The notes under the pieces are model-generated. The model made no database searches and was not told the origin of the DNA. It worked only from the letters and a program-made list of their open reading frames with translations. Below, in pieces: positions 27,620 through 39,995 of a DNA stretch of 64,000 bases (position 1 is its first letter; each line of letters starts with the position of its first letter). A program made the position numbers and the translations under genes. This stretch comes from Bugula neritina (lineage: Eukaryota; Animalia; Bryozoa), in the NCBI GenBank assembly GCA_964035545.1, contig OZ037770.1, positions 4,434,662 to 4,498,661 on the forward strand, written 5' to 3'.

Positions 27620-27767
27620 TGGCTGAGGAAGCCTGCAGGGACTGAGGCAAGAGTCAAGAACATTCCTTCAGGACAATGCTACCAAAGTAAAAAAGTTGGC
27701 CCAGGTTTCTTACAGAAACCTTAAAACAGCCAACCAACAGATGTTGGCCTTTAAGGCATTCCCATGA
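27620..27767 (+). mobile_element. Degenerate Gypsy gag fragment
   Basis: Translates LRQESRTFLQDNATKVKKLAQVSYRNL, which aligns with LRQAEGTPLRDHVALVKRLARSAYSDL of the gag at 38991. Confidence 0.6.
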
Positions 27768-28242
27768 CAAGGAGATGCTGAAGAGGGAGAGCTGTCTCGA
27801 ATACACCATAGGATCCACCAGTCGCAGTCATTGCAACTGCACCGGCCTCCACAGAAATCTCCATATACTAGAATTGGTGCGAGGTCTGGCTAGAAGACCA
27901 GTGCATCACATCAGCAGGTCAAGGTGCTGAAAGACTGGTTCAGCATTCTAACTCGGATTCCGGAGCAATGTAGGAAGTATCTAGACGACTCCGATGACAT
28001 TCGCGATATCTGGAGCAAGAAGTAAGAACATGCATGATGTTGTAATATTGTTAGATTTTATTGGTTATCTTTTGTTAATGCAGGTGGCTGGTTATATTAT
28101 GTAGCCAGGTACTTTCTTTGTTTAGTTTCTTCTCCTGTTATATAATTAGAGGGCCTGATTGTGACCTTTCTTATTCAGTTGTGTTTTTTATTACCGTATG
28201 TTTATACTCTAGCACAAGAAACAAAAAATAGCCTAAATTAAA

Positions 28243-28346
<104 letters not shown>

Positions 28347-28769
28347 TTCATATTTGGGTTCATAGGTGGTCAATTTGGTATGTATAACATCCATAGGGGG
28401 CTCTGTGCCCATAGGGGGCTGCTCATAGGGGGCACCATGTTTGAGTGTTTTAAATTACTCAGAACAGTCTGTTATGGTATATAGACACTATTTTAAAAAT
28501 AGGCTCACAGAAGGACAATTTGATATTTCCCAATACCAGAGGGGGCTCTGTATATATATACAAAAAGCCCCCTATGGTATTATACAATATCAAATTAGGG
28601 AGTTGTCTTCCCAAAAACTAATGTAACGGTTTTTTCACTGTTGGAAACACTTAATTACATTGATAATAATATCATTTCAGCTGCTATAATTGTGCCAGGG
28701 CTTAAGGTAGAACTTGTATAGAAATCTGGCCTGCATCTCCGTTAAAAAAATATATTTGAGTTGTTGTGA

Positions 28770-30990
28770 GCTTATATATAGTATATCTGCCCCCTATGAG
28801 CCTATATATATTCTATATCTGCCCCCTATGAGCCTATATATATTCTATATCTGCCCCCTATGAACTTATATAAATTATATCTGCCCCCTATGAGCCTATA
28901 TATTCTATATATGCCCTCTATGAGCCTATATATTCTATATCTGCCTCCTATGAGCCTATATATTCTATATCTGCCCCCTATGAGCCTATATATTCTATAT
29001 CTGCCCCCTATGAGCCTATATATTCTATATATGCCCCCTATGAGCCTATATATTCTATATCTGCCCCCTATGAGCTTATATATTCTATATCTGCCCCCTA
29101 TGAACTTATATATTCCATATCTGCCCCCTATGAGCCTATATATTCCATATATGCCCCCTATGAGCCTATATATTCTATATCTGCCCCCTATGAGCCTATA
29201 TATATTCTATATCCGCCCGTATGAACTTATATATATATTATATGTGCCCCCTATGAGCCTATATATTCTATATCTGCCCCCTATGAGCCTATATATTCTA
29301 TATCTGCCCCCTATGAGCCTATATACTCCATATCTGCCCGCTATGAACCTAGATATGTGCCTTTTTTCATTTTTGGAAACACTTATTTACAGTTATAATA
29401 ATATCATTTCAGTTGCTATAATTGTGCCAGGGCTTGAGGTAGAACTTGTATAGAAATCTGGCCTGCATCTCTATTAAAAAAATTATATTTGAGTTGTTGT
29501 GAGCTTATATATATTTTATGTGCCCCCTATGAGCCTATATATTCTATATCTGCCCCCTATGAACTTATATATATGATATCTGCCCCCTGTGAACTTATAT
29601 ATATTTTATGTGCCCCCTATGAACCTATATATTCTATATCTGCCCCCTATGAACTTATATATTATATCTGCCCCCTATGAACTTATATATATATATTATA
29701 TCTGCCCCCTATGAGCCTATATATTCTATATATGCCCTCTATGAGCCTATATATTCTATATCTGCCCCCGATGAGCCTATATATTCTATATCTGCCTGTG
29801 TGAACTTATATATATATTATATCTGCCCCCTATGAGGCAATATATTCTATATCTGCCCCCTATGAACTTATATATATTATATCTGCCCCCTATGAGCCTA
29901 TATATTCTATATCTGCCCGTATGAACTTATATATATAATATCTGCCCCCTATGAGCCTATATATTCTATATCTGCCCTCTATGAGCCTATATATTCTATA
30001 TCTGCCCCCTATGAGCCTATATATTTTATATCCGCCCGTATGAACTTATATATATATTATATCTGCCCCCTATGAGCCTATATATTCTATATCTGCCCCC
30101 TATGAACTTATATATTCTATATCTGCCCCCTATGAGCCTATATATTTATTATCTGCCCCCATATGAGCCTATATATTCTATATCTGTCCCCATATGAGCC
30201 TATATATTCTATATATGCCCCCTATGAGCCTATATATTCTATATCTGCCCCCTATGAGCCTATATATTCTATATCTGCCCCCTATGAGCGTATATATTCT
30301 ATATCTGCCCCTATGAACTCATATATATATATATTATATCTGCCCCCTATGAACTTATATATTCTATATCTGCCCCCTGTGAACTTATATATATTTTATG
30401 TGCTCCCTATGAACTTATATATTATATCTGCCCCCTATGAACTTATATATATATATTATATCTGCCCCCTATGAGCTTATATATTCTATATCTGCCCCCC
30501 AATGAGCTTATAAATATTATATCTGCCCCCTATGAACTTATATATATAATATCTGCCCCCTTTGAGTTTATATACTCTATATCTGCCCCTATGAACTTAT
30601 ATATTCTATATCTGCCCCCTATGAACTTATATATTCTATATCTGCCCCCTATGAACTTATATATATATATTATATCTGCCCCTTATGAGCTTATATATTC
30701 TATAGCTGCCCCCTATGAGCTTATATATTCTATATCTGCCCCCCTATGAGCTTATATATTCTATATCTGCCCCCTATATGAACTTATATATTCTATATCT
30801 GCCCCCTATATGAACTTGTATATATTTTATGTGCCATCTTTGAGCTCATATACTATTTATGTGCCGCTATGAGCCTAGATATGTTATACGTGCCCCTTAT
30901 GAGCTCACATATGCTGCATGTATGCTATCCCCATAAGCCTGTGTATACTATATTTGCCCCATATGAGTTGATGTATACTATGTGTGCCCT
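28770..30990. repeat. Minisatellite, about 30 bp unit (atctgccccctatgagcctatatattctat), in two blocks
   Basis: Dozens of tandem copies. A unique leader of about 150 bp (28635-28790) is duplicated at 29365-29520. Confidence 0.95.
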
Positions 30991-33900
30991 ATATCAGCAA
31001 GCACAGTCCACAGCGTCTGATGTGTATCATAGTAGGTTTATTAATTTGCATATTTTTAATTTGATGTCTTTCCCTGCAATTATGACTTTCAGTTTTAGAA
31101 GTTTTTTTGTTATATGCAGCACGTTTTCAAATTGAAAAAATTATCAACCTAAGAAGATACATACCTTTTGCTGTCTCCAATTTGCTGCTCAAATTTTTAT
31201 TTTTGCTTCTGGTAGAAACAGGCATTTTTTTCTAACAATTTAGTTATAGTGTTTAAAAGTACTATATGGTTTCCCAGCAACCTTTACTTAGCTGAAATGT
31301 AACTTTCCAGTGTCAGAATAGCAGCTTTGACAAAATTTCTCGTATATATATACTGCTAGTAACAGAGAAACTTATCTGTTCCTGCAATCACTTTTACTAA
31401 GGTCTATAGAGGGAGACCACATCCCTACAATTATGCAAAAGATAATAGACCCCCTGTAATTTTGGGCCTAGTTTCATTGCATCTTCATAATAATTTTAAT
31501 CAGGAAACTTAAGTAAGCTTAGAAGTTTTTAATTTACTAAAAATGGCTGCTAAGAGGGGTACCTTAGTTTGAACCTTATACAGAAATCCTATAATTAGCC
31601 TATTTGGCTGCAACTTCAAAAGCACTCTCATATTTATAACTTCTTTTGAAGGAGTTTACCCTCAAATACTGTACAATAAAGAAAAAATTTCAAGCTAGCT
31701 GTTCTATTTTTCTTGGTTTTGTGTTATCTCAGTACATGCAGAGTTTATAGTCTTTATGAGAGACCTTTTTCAACTGACTGAGAGCATAATAGCTGAGGTC
31801 TTGTCTGCTGTCACTACAACACGGACTTTTATAATAGGAAATATTAAGAAATGCTTGTAGCTTACCTTTGCTACTAAATATTAGACCCTGTAGAATATAA
31901 GATAGGCCCTACACCAAGTTTCATTCACAATAAATCTAATGGGAATCAGTAGAGATGATGAATTCAAAGTTATTAACACATATTATTGAAAACTATTTAT
32001 ACACGTTTTACTCTTTTTGTTGGTAGTCAAATTATATGACTAGCAAGAAGTTTAGATTTTGTCATTCACCCATTGCGTGAACAATACTTTTTCTAGCTGC
32101 ATTATTTTACTTGAAAAATTTTCAAAACAGGGAAACCAATTCAGCAACTAGTTTTAAAGTTTGAAAAAGGCATGTAGCACCAGTGTTACACTGGTCACCC
32201 GTCTCTATAAGAGTAACAATTCAGTTTAATTCCAAATAGACAACCCCCTCCATATAGATGCCAAACAATATATTCTACTTACACTGCCTACTGAACAGCT
32301 ATATTTAAAAGCGTTAGAAAATGAAAATTGTACTTTTTATAAATAATATGTATTTTGCTGGAAATATTTTGTTGCATGCAATTAATAGAAGCTAGGGGAA
32401 ACCCTGAGTATGTCTCATGTAAACACAGTTGGAGCAAATACACCAGCTAACTGTAGAATGGCTAAATATTTGCAGCCGTAATACCTCTAAAAAATTCAAC
32501 TAAAAAGTAGACATGGATGTGGACATTGTAGCTATTTGGTAATTAGTATAATAACTTAACAGTGGATTTGCTCTTATCCTTACTAAGTGACAGGCAAAGT
32601 AAGAATTTACAAAATAAAATCTTTTAACAACCTCCTATCCCAATACATTAGGCCAAGAACTACGGCAAATTGAAATTAATGATGGATGTCTTTAGATTGC
32701 CTAACTTTTTTGGAGCTACTTACATTTTTCTTTCCTATATTGAAAAAAACACAGCCATTTAGTTTAGACTTAGCAAAGGCTAGCAACTGTAAGACATGTA
32801 GTATTAGTCAAGTAGCTAACCTGTTACACAGATAACTTAATAAATAAAATGTTCTGCCTCAGCAAAAGAAGTTTAAGCTTTTTACAACCGTGGCTCATTA
32901 AATGCTGAATATTTTTATGTATAAACACCTAAAGTAAGTTTGTGATTTGAAATTAATGGCAAAAAGTTAGACTCAACTTATTTACTATTGCCTTTCTCGG
33001 CCTGGGCCCAACCAGGCTAAGCAACCTAATTGACTACTAAAAGTTTATGGAGAACTCGAACAGCTGACGTGTAAAACCATGTAAAAGTTAGCCGATCAGC
33101 AATGTGTACCAGGTCAACACCCCATTATTATAGCTTATATAAAATTCTGCAAGTTCAGTTGCAAAATGCATGCTTCTAGAAAGCAGTTGTGCAACTTTTT
33201 TCAAGTGCATTACTTTATTTCATATCTTAAATTTATGATGTCTGATGTATTTTTCAAAACATCTAAATTAAGTGTGTATAAAATGCAATTAAAAATTGTA
33301 CGTCTAAAAAAATGACCTGGTACACTTTTGCAGCTGAAGGCCAGTTGTTACATAACTCTTAGCTTTATTTGTTCTCTATTATACTAGTATGAACTCTTGT
33401 TCTCCAACTAGATACCTGTTACATTTTGCTCTTACAAGATAAATCAATTTTAAAATATTCTCAAAGTAAAAACATGTTTAATGGTAGCACCATACATTGT
33501 TGTTCAGTTTGTATCTCTACCTCAATATTTTGCATTATTTTGTTCTATCAATTTGTGAAAAGAGCTACTGAAAGAGCTGTTGATGAAACTTAAAACAAAT
33601 TGAAACATTTACCCCATACTCAACTTACTGGATTGCTCTCTATCATGGTAGGCTATCAACAAAGCAAGCCAAAATTGCTTATTCTGAAGTTTAGCTTTTG
33701 TGAAAATTGGCAGGCTTTAGTTAATAACCTGTAATTATATAGCCAAGTTGTTTAATTAAGATTTAAAGTAGCATTGTGTTACACACAATAGGTTCGGAAA
33801 ATAATTGAAAGAAAAATTTAATAATATATCACTATAAAGTACCAGGAAAGTCTTGCTGATGTTTATAAAGCATGCATTAAACATTCTGTATTTCAATGGA

Positions 33901-34826
33901 AGATGACTTACACATTGTAGAAGGAAAGTTGTCTACTTGTCTTAGTTTACAAGGCTATGTCGTAATGCTAGTAGTAGACTGATACCCAAACAAAGAAAAT
34001 AGGAAAATATCTGGTGCTTGTCATAAATATTATGTTAATTTGTCTCTCTAGCATTAGGACAAAAAGAGAGATAAACCAGTTGCATATATAGTGCGATTGT
34101 GCATAAACTGCTATCCTAGCTTACAAATTGTTGAATGCCAATATTTGAATTGTCAACATATTTATGCCAGGTAAGGCCAGTAAGAAAATGTAGTTTACCA
34201 GTACAAGATTAAATAAAAAGTACGTAAAAGCAGTAACAGAGACAAGTTCTGAAACATCTGCTCATGCAAACAAAATGCCCAATTGCTAAGAGTTGGGAGC
34301 AGTTTTGAAGAAGTTTGTATATTATACCACTAATTGTTAACATTAAATTTATAAAAGTTACTGCTAAAGATTGAAAAAAAAAATCAAGGGACATTCAGAA
34401 GCTTGCTAATATATTTCTTTTGAAGCTATTGCAATTAAAAAGTAATTTGTAGTGTAACTGCTGCATTTCTAGCCCACAAAAAGTTTCAATAGCTTATAAA
34501 AGGCTAGACAACATGGTTTTCAATTTTTGTTTTAATACACATAGCTTCAGGTTTTTTAAGAAGCACTATTTTATATATTAGCAACTGTGAAAGATATAGT
34601 TAGGGGTTGCTCTTATTTGTGCTCCGTAAAACATTTAAAAAAAGAACTCAGATATGGGTTTGAGAAGAAAGAGCGTATAATTAGTAGCCTTACATTCAGC
34701 TTTAACTCAATATATTTTACTGAAGCGTTGAGTTAATCTCTATAGACTTTAGAGCATATGAAAGTGTACTAGCCGACTGTTTTGTGTGCACTATAGCAAA
34801 GAATCACAGTTCAAAGTACATTTTCA

Positions 34827-34962
34827 GATATAAATGATTGTGAAAAATAATATTTTTCACAATCATTTATATCAAGAGACTTGTAATATATGATAGGATT
34901 AAACCAATTAAAATATATTATATTTTAATTGGTTTAATCCTATCATATATTACAAGTCTCTT
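34827..34962. repeat. Two abutting perfect inverted repeats (23-bp and 44-bp arms, 1-nt loops)
   Basis: Arms 34827-34849/34851-34873 and 34874-34917/34919-34962 are exact reverse complements. Confidence 0.92.
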
Positions 34963-37806
34963 TGTTATGTAAATTCAAATAGAATACTATAATTATTTTG
35001 AAATAAATATTAAAAAATTATCAGCCTATTGTGCATTAGTACTTCAAATAATATTAGCAATGACAAAAATATTAGTAGGAGATTTTGTTCTCATATGATG
35101 CATCATGAAGATGAAGTGCAGAAAATGTGCTAATATTCTTAAGATTAGTTTAAAGCAATGGTGTTCTGCGTGTTCTTTAATGATTGATTACAAACAGTGC
35201 CCTCAAATTGTCATCTATATAACTGTTCAAAGAATCACTGAGGCAGACTTTTAAGAAATCTGCAAAATACTGTACCTATACATGCAATTGATTTAATAAA
35301 AGGAATAGCTAGTAAAACTTCAAAAATAAGCCTTTAATGAAGCAAATTGTTTAGCATCTGGTAAATAGAAGTGCATACCTGGCCGTTTTTTTAGTAATAC
35401 CTATATAGTGGTGCTATCTATCCAATTGTTTTTTATTAAAAGACTTTAGAACATATAGCTAGTTTAGAAATTAGTTTTATCTTGCTTTGTCCGAATTATA
35501 GTAGGTATATGCATGGTAACTAAATGAACTTAACACACATATTTTTTGATACGGAAAATACTATAGATATTAGATATTACAGTATAAACTGGCTGCAATC
35601 AAATTGAGTAATTTTTAAAATAAAATATGCATTATATGTTTCATTCATTCTTTGAGTACACAATATAGGCTTATAATAATTTGAGGCAACTTTTAATTAA
35701 TTAATTATATCTGTATTTTGTCAACTAACTGCTATTCTATTTTTGCTATTACAATATTTTACTTCACTTGCTTATTGAATGACGTGCAATTTCTTTTCCA
35801 AAGTACTTGTTTTTACAGTTTAAAATTATATAAACTTGGTTCAATTTAATTGAACTTTTCCTGTTATATAAAAATATATATATATACAACTTTCATTACC
35901 TGGACAAAATATAAGAATAGGCAAAACATCAGCAAATGTAATGAGGATGATACAGGGTGCACTTCGAATTATTAGACATGAAAATTCTTATTCGATTTTA
36001 AAAAGGAAATACATAACATAGGAAATTGAAGTGTAATTTTTTTTTATTTTGAATGCATGGCTATATCAGTTCCTAACAGAGATTAATGGCATAGTGTGAA
36101 TAGAAGTTCTGAGGCTTGAAAAATAATTTTTTTTATCTGAAATTGTTGGAGAATTAATTATAGCAGACAAAGTAGAACAAAACCAATTGAGTTTCTATAC
36201 TTTGCATAGTACAAATGTAATATACTCGTAGCTAGCTTTTATTACTCAAAAAGTAAAAATGAGAAGACAATTTCAAAGTAAAAAAATATGATATATTCTG
36301 ATAACAGAGGGGGCTCTGTTTATAGGCCCTCTATGGTATCGAAATATACCAAATGCATATAAGCCCCCTATATGAGCAGCCCCCTATGAAACCACATTTA
36401 AGAATATATATATATATAACTCAACCCACGTAATTCTTACCAAGACACAAAATTACTACTTTATCTCCCAAAAACTTTGATATTTTATTGAATTTGCTAA
36501 TTTATAATACTGTTGTAGTTTTATGCACTACTTTGAGGGCCTGTTATTGCATGCTCAATAATTACTGCATATTGTAGTAATTCGTGCAATTAGGGGTTGA
36601 TCCTGATTGGATAAGATAAGGTTCCGGTGATGTCACCGTAGAGAGTGATACGATACCACACAGGCAAGCGGCATAAGTAGCGGAGTTATCCTCCTTGAGA
36701 CAATAGTTGCACCATAATATATTGTAAGTCTGTAGCAGGGGCACTGAAGGGTGTGCTTCCCCAAACCACTACAATACTATTATTATCAGCTAGTTTTCAA
36801 TTCCATACATTATCTTTTTTAACCTATATAATTTACTTGTAGTTATAGTTTATTTCCACTTAGATCTAGAGTTTTGTCTTAGACCTCAACTGTTTAGCTT
36901 CTGCAGTGTATTCATGCAGTTGGATGAAGTCATATAAGTATTTTGTACCAACATGACTCTGGAGTAGGAAATCCATAGCAACTGTATAATTTCTTCTTAT
37001 AAATAGACAGCATAATGTATACATCATTATTATATTGTTTAATTGTTATATTGTACTATTACATATAGCATCATTATAACGTTATAGTAATATTGCATAA
37101 TCTATAGCATCCTTATATTATAGCATTCTTATATAGTATTCTTTTATAGTTTTGTTATGTAGTAATATTGTATTGTATTATTGTGTAGTATTATTATATA
37201 GTACATATAGTTGTAGTAACTCTATATTGAGTACAGCTGCATGCATGGTAATAATATAGATATTTTGTATATTATTATAGAATAATATAATAGGCTACAG
37301 GGTATCTTCATGTAGTAGTCTGGTAAACTTTGTTCTGTTTTGATATTATATTATATTATATAATATTATTTAATGCTTTTTTATAAGCTAGACAACATCA
37401 TGGTTAAAGTTCTGTCGATTAGTAAAATTATTACGCAGTCAGTTGAACAAAATATTATTATATAATACGTTGCATGCTTGTGAACACTCATACACACACC
37501 TAAATGGTAAATTAATTACAAATGCATAGTGTAATCATATACAGTAATCATATATCTGTGTATTAGTATTGCATTCATTTAATACTACTCTATTTTATTT
37601 CAAGTTATGTAGAAATTTATTGCAACTAAAACTTTATTCCACATGCAAGTGTTGCGCTATCATTATAGTATATTTAGTACTGAGAAATCTTATTCTGTAT
37701 TAAAGTCTTATACGCTATCATTACATGTTCAGTATTAAGATTTAACATGGTAAATCACTTAACTCTCATTCGTACTGACAATAGAACTATAATATTATGT
37801 TTTTAG

Positions 37807-38060
37807 GTTATGGAATCTACAGAAGTTACAGATACTAGACATATCAGAGAATAACTTCACCAGTCTACCATCTTCAGTGTGCAGATTGAGTAGTCTGCTA
37901 GAACTCGAGTTAATCTTCAATGACTGCATGACATCGTTGAATCCTGAGATACTATACAGCTAACACATCTTAGTTCTTTAGACTAGGTGGTTGTAATGCT
38001 CTTGTAGCTTCTTCACTATAATAAACCTGTAAGAGAAGGTTAGATGCTGCGAGACAATCT
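37807..38060 (+). pseudogene. Pseudogene fragment of a paralogous LRR-ROC-COR exon
   Basis: After an intact acceptor it reads LWNLQKLQILDISENNFTSLPSSVCRLSSLLELELIFNDCMTSLNPEIL, then frameshifts. Homologous at DNA level to 57930-58180. Confidence 0.85.
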
Positions 38061-38591
38061 TTTATCCACTATACAATAACTGTGTTGTGAAAAACCACCT
38101 TGCAGAGCACTAATAGGAAGTGGTATCTTGCTGACAATTTTGCCCATATATGCTTATATATTTTACCATTGTATAAGTATATGTTTACACCTGTGACATT
38201 TGCCTGGTTTACCTAGCTTATGATGTCATTTCCTGTCATTTTACACTTTTGCTGTGTTTCACTTCACTGTATATATCATATAATGATTATTTTAATTGAT
38301 TTGTTTGTTTTGTTTGTTTGATTTGTTTTAATTATTTCAATTGTATATAATTGTTATCTATTAATTCAACGTTATTTACTAGTTACTTATGCCTCACCTA
38401 CAATCTCAGAGTCAGTTTACTAAATTATACTGCTTATTATATTATGGTTCACTAATTTCTTATCAATATAATGCAAACACCTGTTCTTTATTTTAAAGTT
38501 TATTAGTTGTAATGTAAGTCATCAGTATTATTGCCCTTTTTTGTTTAAAATTTTATTTCATGCTCTATATGAATAAATTGTAGGTGTTTAT

Positions 38592-38934
38592 TGTAATGGG
38601 ATTACGTAGCATAATAATGCATTTGTCTCCTCCTGTTTGGGAATACTTATAACTATGTTCTACCAACCAATCAGAAGGACCGGAAGGCAAGGTTCCGGTC
38701 AAGTGACTGTTCGCGGGTTAGCTAGCAGAAACCACGTTGTTGAGAGCAGGGGCTCGTAGTAGCTAGACGTGTTTATAATTGATTGATGTATTGTGGTTTT
38801 GACATACTGTTATAATTATGTTTATCGAATTAAATAAAGGTTATCGTACGCAAGCTCTGTTAGTAGTTGCTAGTTAAATTGAAACTAAATACGCAGGCAA
38901 TCCACGCTTGATAATTGTGCTAAAGCTCACAACA
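38592..38934 (+). repeat. 5' LTR (343 bp)
   Basis: tgtaatggg...ctcacaaca; contains AATAAA. Confidence 0.97.
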
Positions 38935-38935
38935 G

Positions 38936-38954
38936 TGGTGGCAGCGGTGGGATT
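38936..38954 (+). promoter_or_regulatory. Primer-binding site complementary to the tRNA-Leu 3' end
   Basis: tggtggcagcggtgggatt is the reverse complement of the metazoan tRNA-Leu(AAG/TAG) end AATCCCACCGCTGCCA-CCA. Confidence 0.88.
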
Positions 38955-38990
38955 TCGCGTATTTCAAGAGATAATGGAAAAACGGAGAAC

Positions 38991-39995
38991 ATGACAGAGC
39001 ACACAACAAAACACCCGGGAGGTAAGCCAGCCAATTTCTTGCATATGGAGGAGGTGTATAAAGATAAACTGGCCGCTCCCACCTTCACGGGTGTAGAAGA
39101 CGTAGAGCAATTCATTGAAGAATTCCACGATGTAGCAAACGTCGCTCAATGGCCGCCACAAGTAGCCCTCGTCAAGCTGCGGGAAGTATTGACGGAGCGC
39201 GCTAGACCGTTTGGACAAGGACGGAGCGTGGCGGAAATATTCACTACACTACGGAGCCGTTTTGGCATCCCCGCTCTGGAAGCCAGAGCCCGTCTACAGG
39301 TGCTACGCCAGGCGGAAGGCACTCCGCTCCGCGACCACGTTGCCTTAGTGAAGAGGCTGGCGCGGAGCGCGTACAGCGACCTGCCAGAAGCACACCGACG
39401 GTACTTTACTCTCATTGACTTTATGCAATCCCTAAAGGATGTGGGCCTTTGCCATCAACTACAGGCAAAGGGAGTGACCACTTTAGAAAGTGCCCTGCAA
39501 GTCGGAGAAGACTACCTCCGGGCAGAACGGTTACACACAAGGAAACCAGAAAGCGCACAAGTCACCACAGAGACAACCCAATCACTCGGAGGGAAGATAA
39601 GCCAACTGAGTACCAGGCTGAAACAGATGGCCAAGACTCTTACCAATGCCGGGCCCCCTAACCAGGGACGAAAGAGGGAGACTGCCCGGAGTGAGAGCAA
39701 CAACCAGCCAGGGCCTCCCCGCCCCAGAAACCTCCAACCCAGGAAGAGAGAACAACCCCAGGTATGGCAGAAACCACGACGGACCACCCGCCCTACTGGG
39801 CGACAGGAGCCGTTCGTACTACCACTCACCAACCGCTTTAGCCAGCTACCGGAGACGGAGCTGGCTGGCGAGGTCCCTCGGGACATCGGAAGGGAACTGA
39901 ACACCCCTCCGCCGAAGAAGCGGCGCCCGCCTACCACCAAACGGACACCACGCCGTTTGACCGAGGCTACGCATGCTGGGGAAGTAAGGTTGTAG
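38991..39995 (+). CDS. gag: Gypsy Gag (capsid-like, no CCHC knuckle)
   Basis: First ORF after the PBS. PTFTGVEDVEQFIEEF...W...LRQ pattern of Ty3-like capsids, with a basic Pro-rich C-terminus. Confidence 0.85.
   Translation: MTEHTTKHPGGKPANFLHMEEVYKDKLAAPTFTGVEDVEQFIEEFHDVANVAQWPPQVALVKLREVLTERARPFGQGRSVAEIFTTLRSRFGIPALEARARLQVLRQAEGTPLRDHVALVKRLARSAYSDLPEAHRRYFTLIDFMQSLKDVGLCHQLQAKGVTTLESALQVGEDYLRAERLHTRKPESAQVTTETTQSLGGKISQLSTRLKQMAKTLTNAGPPNQGRKRETARSESNNQPGPPRPRNLQPRKREQPQVWQKPRRTTRPTGRQEPFVLPLTNRFSQLPETELAGEVPRDIGRELNTPPPKKRRPPTTKRTPRRLTEATHAGEVRL

Noticed and set aside
28860-30749. Repetitive ORFs (MSLYILYLPP)n, or a possible CRISPR-like array
   Set aside because: Head-to-tail 30-bp satellite with no unique spacers, in a eukaryotic context with no cas genes.
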